NCBI GenBank assembly: GCA_964291415.2
Contig: OZ219917.1
Coordinates: 640,001-704,000 of the forward strand
Direction: 5' to 3'
Origin: Alphaproteobacteria bacterium
GTDB taxonomy: Bacteria; Pseudomonadota; Alphaproteobacteria; SP197
Length of the DNA stretch: 64,000 bases
Shown here: piece after piece, positions 57,557 through 64,000 of the stretch
Layout: every line of letters starts with the position of its first letter
Position numbering within the stretch: position 1 is the stretch's first letter
Position numbers and translations under genes: made by a program
The notes under the pieces: generated by a model
What the model was told of the DNA's origin: nothing
Database searches by the model: none
Seen by the model: the letters and a program-made list of their open reading frames with translations, nothing else

Positions 57557-58906
57557 TCAACCGCGTACGAGCATGTTCCGCAACATCCCTCCGCCGTATC
57601 GACGGTAGAGCGCGAGTTTGCGGAAGGCCGGGAGCGGGAAGGGTCTCAGCGGCTGGGTCATGGTCGCCGGCAGGGCGCGGTTGGAACGGCCCGAGATCAA
57701 GCCTGCCACAGCCCGGCCGGACCATGTCGCCATGGCCACTCCGTTGCCGTGATAGGCCAGACTGTAGAAGACGCCGGGATCGTCCGGGATCGCACCGACG
57801 TGGGTCAGCCTGTCCTTCGACAGGCAGACGAAGCCGCGCCAGCAATGCTCGACCTCCACGTCCCGCCATTCCGGCCACACCTCAGCAATTCGCCTGGTCA
57901 GGAAGGAACGCCAGCGCTCTTTCGATGCGGGACTGCCGGTCGTGCCGCCGGCTCCGCCCATGTGGATGCGCCTGTCCGGCAGGACACGAAAGTAGGCGAA
58001 CAGGGGCCTCTTGTCATAGAGCGGCATGCCGGCCTGGAAGCGGTGGCGCGCAAGCTCGTCGTCGGTCAGCGGCCGCGTGGCGACGATCTCGGAGATGGCC
58101 GGCAGCAGGCAGCCGTCCACGGCCGGATGCAGACCATCGCGGGTGAACCCGTTGGTCGCTATCAGAACCTTGCGCGCCATCACCGAGCCACGGTGCGTCT
58201 CCAGCCGGTGCAGGCCGTTCTCGCGCCGCCAACGCAGGACCGGGCTTTCGCCGTGAATTGTCGCGCCGTGTCTCTGGGCGAGCCGTGCGAGACCCCGGGC
58301 ATACTTGAGAGGATGGAGGCCAAAGCCGAAGGGAAAGAGCATGCCGCCCGCGATGTTGGGGGCATCGAACATGCGCTCCCGCATGGCGCGATCGCTCAGC
58401 ATCTCGCAGTCGAATCCGCCCAGGCGCTTCCACATGGCGGTTTCGTCCCGGAGCTCGGCCAGCGCCTTCCCGTCGTGCGCGACACAGAGCTCTCCCTGGC
58501 CCTGCATGTCGATATCGAGTCCGTTGGTGGCCGCGAGATCGTGGACAAGGTCGATTGCCTCCCGCTGGACGGCGATGTTCTGCCGGGCGGTTTCCTCGCC
58601 GAAACGGTCCTCGATTTCGGTGGGATCGAGACCTGCGCCGCCGAAGCAGCAGTGCCCGCCGTTGCGGCCTGAAGCGCCCCAGCCGGGCGCCACCGCCTCG
58701 ATGACCCTGACGGCGATCTCTTCGTCGCGGGCGAGGTGGAGAGCTGCCGAGAGGCCGGTGAAACCACCGCCGACAACGGCGACGTCGCAGTCGACGTCGC
58801 CCTCGACCGGTTCGCAGTCGGCCACGGGCTCACCGGCGCTCGCCTCCCAGTAGCTGTCCAGCGGGCGGGCGGGGTCGTACATCGCGTCGTGATAGAGCCT
58901 GGTCAT
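57557..58906 (-). CDS. FAD-dependent oxidoreductase (PuuB/DadA-like)
   Basis: SYWEAS, VVGGGFTGLSAA, GWGASGRNGG, LHPLKY, ATNG, YHGNGV. Confidence 0.9.
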   Translation of the reverse strand: MTRLYHDAMYDPARPLDSYWEASAGEPVADCEPVEGDVDCDVAVVGGGFTGLSAALHLARDEEIAVRVIEAVAPGWGASGRNGGHCCFGGAGLDPTEIEDRFGEETARQNIAVQREAIDLVHDLAATNGLDIDMQGQGELCVAHDGKALAELRDETAMWKRLGGFDCEMLSDRAMRERMFDAPNIAGGMLFPFGFGLHPLKYARGLARLAQRHGATIHGESPVLRWRRENGLHRLETHRGSVMARKVLIATNGFTRDGLHPAVDGCLLPAISEIVATRPLTDDELARHRFQAGMPLYDKRPLFAYFRVLPDRRIHMGGAGGTTGSPASKERWRSFLTRRIAEVWPEWRDVEVEHCWRGFVCLSKDRLTHVGAIPDDPGVFYSLAYHGNGVAMATWSGRAVAGLISGRSNRALPATMTQPLRPFPLPAFRKLALYRRYGGGMLRNMLVRG

Positions 58907-59250
58907 GACCTGGAGTGCGCCAGGCGGATCGATCCCGCCACGTGACAGTTGATCGGGTGGCCGAGCGCTGCGGCGAGGCCGCGTTCGAGTTCGGCCGAGG
59001 AGTGCAGCAAGTTCATGAACGACCGGCCGACCGGGAACGTCACCACGTTGCGAGCCGCATGCCAGGTCGAACCGGCGGTCAGCTCGCTCTTCTCGACCGG
59101 CAGGCAGTCGGCCAAGCGGGCGCACCCCAGGTGGTGGAGCCATGATACTCCGGCATCGCCCCCGCCGCTGACTGCCACCCGAGAGGTTCCCGGCAAGTCC
59201 GCCATCGCCACTCCATCATCATCGGCGCCGGCCCGCAGTCTATCGACGGA
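58903..59250 (-). pseudogene. Truncated, diverged copy of the first 98 codons and leader of the 48043-50496 dehydrogenase
   Basis: MADLPGTSRVAVSGGG..EKSELTAGSTWHAA..GSIRLAHS then stop overlapping the ATG of the PuuB-like gene. Confidence 0.9.
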
Positions 59251-59671
59251 GTGCATGCAGCGACAGGCGCCGACCCAGGCTGATGCCATCAGTTTCCGGG
59301 ATGTGTCTCGGTGTCCAGGCGCCCCAAGGAAGTGTCAGAATCACCCATGTCCCGTTTCAGGCGAACGGCTTCGCTCCTTCGTCCGCGGCAGCCTCGTTCA
59401 GGCGCCGGTCCGAGCTCACCAGGGCGTCTGGGCCGACGAGAGCGCGGCCTGATTTCCGCCGGCCCCGGGGAATCCTTCCCCGGGGTCAGATCCCGGATGG
59501 GGCGCCGGAGCCGATCGGATCATGACACTCCCCGAGGTGCGCATGACCGTTCCGTCGGTCCGCCTGGGCGTCAGGGGCAGCATCCTCGACCCGTCTGCGG
59601 CGCACGGGTTGCTTCCTGCACGTGACCGTGCGACGACCGCCCATGCCCGGCCACCCCTGACGGAGCAGGAC

Positions 59672-60556
59672 ATGATCGATCTCAGTTCTCCCTCCTATCC
59701 CGACCTCGCCTTCCGGACGCTGCCGGACTTCGCGTGGCCAGGCGGGGCCACCTGCGGCGTGATCATCGCCTGGCACGTCGATGGCGAGGCGGGGCCGATG
59801 GCCTCGGACCGCAGCGTGGTGAACCACGTCGCGGCCATCTCCGAGGCCGCCTACGGGCTGACGGCGGCGATGCCGCGCATCCTCGAGCTCCACCGCGACC
59901 TCGGGATCCCGGGAACCTTCTTCGTTCCGGCCCACGTGGCCGAGCGCCATCCGGCGGTCATGGAGGCCATCATTGGCGACGGACACGAGATCGCCCACCA
60001 TGGCTACATGCACGAGAACGTCTACGGTCTGGGAGAGGCCGACGAACGCGCCCTCTTCGCCCATGCGTCGGAAATCCTGCAGCGCATCGCCGGCCGGCGA
60101 CCCAGGGGCTGGAGCGCGCCGGGCTGGGGGGTGAGCGAACAGACCCTGTCGATCATGGCCTCCATGGGCATGGCCTACGATGCCAGCCTGATGGAGCGCG
60201 ACGTGCCCCACATGGTGGACACCCGGGCGGGCACGCTCGTCGAGCTGCCGATCTCCATGGTGCTGGACGACTGGGCGCTGTTCGGTTCCTCGCTCGTGGG
60301 CGGGGGCGCCAGCAGCCTGACGAGCGCCGCGCAGGCCGAAGTCGTCTGGCGCGAGGAGTTCGACGGTCTGCGCCGGTTCGGCGGTCTCTTTCAGACCACG
60401 TTTCATCCCAACCTGATGGGCCGGCCGGGCCGGCTCGTCATGCTGGAGCGCCTTCTGCAGGGCATGCGGGCATGCGACGGCGTGTGGTGGGGCACCTGCG
60501 AAGAGGCGGCGGATCACGTGCGAAGGCTTGATGTCGCAGAGCGAACCGGAGCGTGA
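59672..60556 (+). CDS. Polysaccharide deacetylase family (PuuE/HpPgdA-like) hydrolase
   Basis: WPGG, HVDGE, YG....PRILEL, TFFVP, HEIAHHGYMHE, YDASLM, LDDW, FHP..MGRP. Confidence 0.85.
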   Translation: MIDLSSPSYPDLAFRTLPDFAWPGGATCGVIIAWHVDGEAGPMASDRSVVNHVAAISEAAYGLTAAMPRILELHRDLGIPGTFFVPAHVAERHPAVMEAIIGDGHEIAHHGYMHENVYGLGEADERALFAHASEILQRIAGRRPRGWSAPGWGVSEQTLSIMASMGMAYDASLMERDVPHMVDTRAGTLVELPISMVLDDWALFGSSLVGGGASSLTSAAQAEVVWREEFDGLRRFGGLFQTTFHPNLMGRPGRLVMLERLLQGMRACDGVWWGTCEEAADHVRRLDVAERTGA

Positions 60557-60616
60557 TGCGATCCTGTGGGCCACCCACACGGTGCATGCAATGGACGGAA
60601 CAATGCGAGGCAGACC

Positions 60617-61060
60617 ATGAACGAGCTGATCGATTTCCTTGTGACGGCCCGGCGCGAGACCTACGCGATTCCGGACGGCACCGACGTCGGGGACGGAACC
60701 TCGCACATGGTCTTCGACTCCGGAAACTGGCGGTACCGCGACCGCTACGCAGGATCCAACCCCTATGGCGGGCACGAGATCGTGTGGCGTGACGGCGCAG
60801 TCGTCTGGATGCAGAACTACATGGCGGAGATTGTCTCGGACCTCAGGCCCATGGACGAGATCTACAGTTTCCAGCGCGAGGTGCTGGGGCAGCCCGACCG
60901 CGACCACCTGATGCGCGGCCCGGCGCAACTCGCCCGCGGTTCATACCGCTACGTCAACGACGTCGAAGGCACCCTCGCCCGCTTCAGCGGAACCGAGACC
61001 ATCACCCATGACGGCACACCCGTCTACCGCATGATCTTCCATGGCGGCATCGTCGGCTGA
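60617..61060 (+). CDS. DUF5680-like protein
   Basis: FLVTARRETYA, YRDRYAG..PYGGHE.VW, WMQNY, RGP, F.GTE.I, FHGG. Confidence 0.75.
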   Translation: MNELIDFLVTARRETYAIPDGTDVGDGTSHMVFDSGNWRYRDRYAGSNPYGGHEIVWRDGAVVWMQNYMAEIVSDLRPMDEIYSFQREVLGQPDRDHLMRGPAQLARGSYRYVNDVEGTLARFSGTETITHDGTPVYRMIFHGGIVG

Positions 61061-61266
61061 CGGTCCCCGGAAAGCGCGCGGCACGGTCGTTCAGGTCGCC
61101 GGGTGACGCGTCCTGGTCGAGAACACCGGGCAGCACACGGTGACCACGCGGCCTGCAGGCGCCCCCATGTCATCATCGGTCCTGTCCTGACGCCGGGATG
61201 CGGTCCCGTCTCGACAGGCGCGGCGCCCGGATGTAAGTGTGCTCTGCATCAAGCGGGGTAGAAGCG

Positions 61267-62247
61267 ATGACCGGGCCAGAAATGTCCAGAGGCGACCACG
61301 CGATCACGGCGAGTGACCTGAAGACCTTCCCCGACGAAATCACCTACGCCGGCGTGACGAGTTTCCTGAGGCGGCCCTACCGCAAGGACCTCGGCGACGT
61401 CGATGTCGCCGTGCTTGGCGTTCCCTTCGACACGGCGACGACCAACCGTCCGGGCACCCGCTTCGGTCCCCGCGGAATCCGCGCCGCATCGACCGGGCTG
61501 GCCTTCGAAAGACGGGTCTATGGCTGGGACTTTCATCCCGTGGCCGAAATGAGGATCGCCGATCACGGGGATCTCCCCTTCGACTTCTCCATACCGGCCA
61601 CCATTCCGGAGACCATCGAGAACTATGTCGCGTGGATGCTGGAACAGGATGTCATGGTGCTGTCGCTGGGAGGCGATCACTTCATCACGTGGCCCCTTCT
61701 GAAGGCCCACGCGAAGCGCCACGGCCGGCCGCTGTCGCTCATCCATTTCGACGCCCATTCCGACACCTGGCCCGACGAGCACGAGGACGGCGTCAATCAC
61801 GGCACCATGTTCTGGCACGCCACCCGCCAGGGCTATGTCGACCCTGAGACATCGGTGCAGATCGGGCTGAGAACCCCCAATCCCGACACCATGGGATTCA
61901 ACATCTTCGATGCCCCTTTCGTTCACCGTCACGGCACCGATGCGGTCATCGAGGAGGTGCGTCGCATCGTCGGCGACCGGAAGGCCTATCTTACCTTCGA
62001 CATCGATTGCCTCGATCCGGCCTTTGCCCCGGGAACGGGGACACCGGTCTGCGGCGGTCTCACATCCCACCAGGCCCGTGAAATCCTGCGGGGCCTGTCG
62101 GGACTTTCGGTGATCGGCGCCGATCTCGTGGAGGTGGCGCCGATCTACGATGTCGGGGAGATCACGGCGCTGGCCGGGGCCACGCTGGCTCAGGATTTCC
62201 TCTGCCTCATGGCCCGCTCGCCGGCGCTCCGGTCGTCTTCCGGCTGA
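61267..62247 (+). CDS. speB: Agmatinase/ureohydrolase
   Basis: GVPFD, RPGTRFGP, LGGDH, HFDAHSD, HGT, TFDIDCLDPAFAPGTGTP, DLVEVAP. Confidence 0.9.
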   Translation: MTGPEMSRGDHAITASDLKTFPDEITYAGVTSFLRRPYRKDLGDVDVAVLGVPFDTATTNRPGTRFGPRGIRAASTGLAFERRVYGWDFHPVAEMRIADHGDLPFDFSIPATIPETIENYVAWMLEQDVMVLSLGGDHFITWPLLKAHAKRHGRPLSLIHFDAHSDTWPDEHEDGVNHGTMFWHATRQGYVDPETSVQIGLRTPNPDTMGFNIFDAPFVHRHGTDAVIEEVRRIVGDRKAYLTFDIDCLDPAFAPGTGTPVCGGLTSHQAREILRGLSGLSVIGADLVEVAPIYDVGEITALAGATLAQDFLCLMARSPALRSSSG

Positions 62248-62256
62248 ACACGTCTC

Positions 62257-64000
62257 TCATCCCATCGCCAGCATGTCGTTGGCGTCGATACCGGCGACCA
62301 CGACCGGCTTCTTCATGGCATCGCGGCGGAAGGGTTCGCCGAGTTCCTGGTTGAGCAGCACCTCGATGAAGGTGGTGACGCCGTCTCGCTGGGCGGCGCA
62401 GCCCTGCCTGATGGCATCCGCGAGTTCGTCCATGGTCGCCACCTGGACACCCTTGAGGCCGCATCCCTCGGCCACCCTGGCGTAGGACAGGCTGGGGTTG
62501 AGTTCCGTGCCGACGAAGTTGTTGTCGTACCACAGCGTCGTGTTGCGTTTTTCCGCGCCCCACTGGTAGTTGCGGAAGATCACCATGGTTGTGGCGGGCC
62601 AGCCCTCCCGACCGCATGATGTCATTTCGTTCATGGAGATGCCGAAGGCGCCATCGCCTGCAAAGCCGACGACCGGCACGTCGGGACAGCCTATCTTGGC
62701 CCCGAGAATGGCCGGGAAACCATACCCGCAGGGTCCGAAGAGGCCGGGAGAGAGGTACTTCCTGCCTGCCTCGAAGGTCGGATAGGCATTGCCGACGGCG
62801 CAGTTGTTGCCGATATCGGTGGAGATGATGGCATCTCCGGGCAGACCCGCCTGGATCGCCCGCCATGCCATGCGTGCCGACATTCTCTGTGGTTCGCGTG
62901 TCCGCGCATCGACGTTCCACGAGGTTCCCGGGTCGTCGTCCTCATGGTCCATGCTGGCGAGTTCCTGCAGCCATGCCGAGCGGGTCTGGTGGATCAGCGC
63001 CTTCCTCTCGTCGCGACCCATCGAACCCGCGCCGGGCGAGAGATGGTCGAGGATGCCGCGCGCCACGATCGCGGCGTCGCCGCAGATGCCCACGCTGACC
63101 TTCTTGGTGAGTCCGATGCGATCGGGGTTCATGTCGACCTGGATGACGGCCGCGTCTCGTGGCCAGTAGTCGATGCCATAGGCCGGCAGCGTGGAGAAGG
63201 GATTGAGACGTGTTCCGAGCGCCAGAACGACATCGGCTCTGGCGATGAGTTCCATCGCTGCCCGCGACCCGTTGTAGCCAAGGGGCCCGACGGCAAGCGG
63301 ATGGGAGCCCGGAAAGCTGTCATTGTGCTGGTAGCCCGAACAGACCGGTGCCGAGAGATGTTCGGCCAGGCGGGCGCAGTCGTCGATGGCATCGCCGATG
63401 ACGACGCCGGCGCCGGAGAGAATCACCGGGAACCTCGCCTGCGACAGGAGGCGTGCCGCCTCGGCGATGGACTTCTCGCCGCCGCCCTGGCGTTCGAGTT
63501 CCACCGTGTCGGGAAGCTCGATATCGACCTCGGCGGTCCAGATGTCGCGCGGCACGTTGATCTGGGCCGGCGCCGAGCGCCGCAGTGCCTGTTCGATCAC
63601 CCGGTTGAGAACCTCGGCGATGCGCGACGCATCTCGGACCTCTTCCTGGTAGCAGACCATGTCCTCGAAGAGAGCCATCTGCGGGACTTCCTGAAAGCCG
63701 CCCTGGCCGATCGTCCGGTTGGCCGCCTGGGGAGTGACCAGGAGCATGGGCGTATGGTTCCAGTAGGCCGTCTTCACAGGCGTGACGAGATTGGTGATGC
63801 CGGGGCCGTTCTGGCCGATGCACATGGCGATCTCGCCGCAGGCGCGGGTGTAGCCGTCGCACATGAACCCTGCGTTCGCCTCATGGGCCACGTCCCAGAA
63901 GGTGATCCCGGCTTTGGGAAAGAGATCGGAGATCGGCATGAACGCGGATCCGATGATTCCGAAGCAGTGCCGGATGCCGTGCCGTTGCAGCACCTTCACG
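62257..64000 (-). CDS. xsc: Sulfoacetaldehyde acetyltransferase, N-terminus just outside the window
   Basis: FGIIGSAFMPISDLFP, QNGPGITN, AYWNHTP, TDIGNNC, GDGAFGIS, WGAEKRN, LGEPFRRDAM. Confidence 0.95.
   Translation of the reverse strand, partial: VKVLQRHGIRHCFGIIGSAFMPISDLFPKAGITFWDVAHEANAGFMCDGYTRACGEIAMCIGQNGPGITNLVTPVKTAYWNHTPMLLVTPQAANRTIGQGGFQEVPQMALFEDMVCYQEEVRDASRIAEVLNRVIEQALRRSAPAQINVPRDIWTAEVDIELPDTVELERQGGGEKSIAEAARLLSQARFPVILSGAGVVIGDAIDDCARLAEHLSAPVCSGYQHNDSFPGSHPLAVGPLGYNGSRAAMELIARADVVLALGTRLNPFSTLPAYGIDYWPRDAAVIQVDMNPDRIGLTKKVSVGICGDAAIVARGILDHLSPGAGSMGRDERKALIHQTRSAWLQELASMDHEDDDPGTSWNVDARTREPQRMSARMAWRAIQAGLPGDAIISTDIGNNCAVGNAYPTFEAGRKYLSPGLFGPCGYGFPAILGAKIGCPDVPVVGFAGDGAFGISMNEMTSCGREGWPATTMVIFRNYQWGAEKRNTTLWYDNNFVGTELNPSLSYARVAEGCGLKGVQVATMDELADAIRQGCAAQRDGVTTFIEVLLNQELGEPFRRDAMKKPVVVAGIDANDMLAMG

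Noticed and set aside
1-64000. tRNA, rRNA, CRISPR arrays, integrase or intact transposase genes
   Set aside because: None recognised by eye; small structured RNAs could be missed without a covariance-model search

Overview
GC-rich alphaproteobacterial-type chromosomal window dominated by catabolism of methylated amines and other organic N: carnitine genes (caiD-like, carnitine dehydrogenase, beta-keto-acid cleavage enzyme), trigonelline-pathway-like TgnB/TgnC homologues, a non-pyrrolysine MttB with two GcvT-family dehydrogenases, a dimethylformamidase-like enzyme, agmatinase, xsc, and three ABC-transporter operons with orphan enzymes. Housekeeping genes are htpG and the cnoX(ybbN)-LonN-trm112 cluster. 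Two things stand out. (1) A histidine-ammonia-lyase-fold protein lacks the MIO-forming Ala-Ser-Gly motif and sits among betaine-catabolic genes, so it may be a new trimethylammonium lyase. (2) Three separate loci show cargo bracketed by a duplicated, decaying end of the neighbouring gene with no integrase in view: three copies of the LonN 3' end around a cluster of broken toxin-antitoxin systems, a duplicated SDR-mttB 3' unit, and a duplicated GcvT 5' end around an 8.4 kb block. No rRNA, tRNA or CRISPR array was seen. All protein calls come from motif and family recognition by eye, not from database searches.
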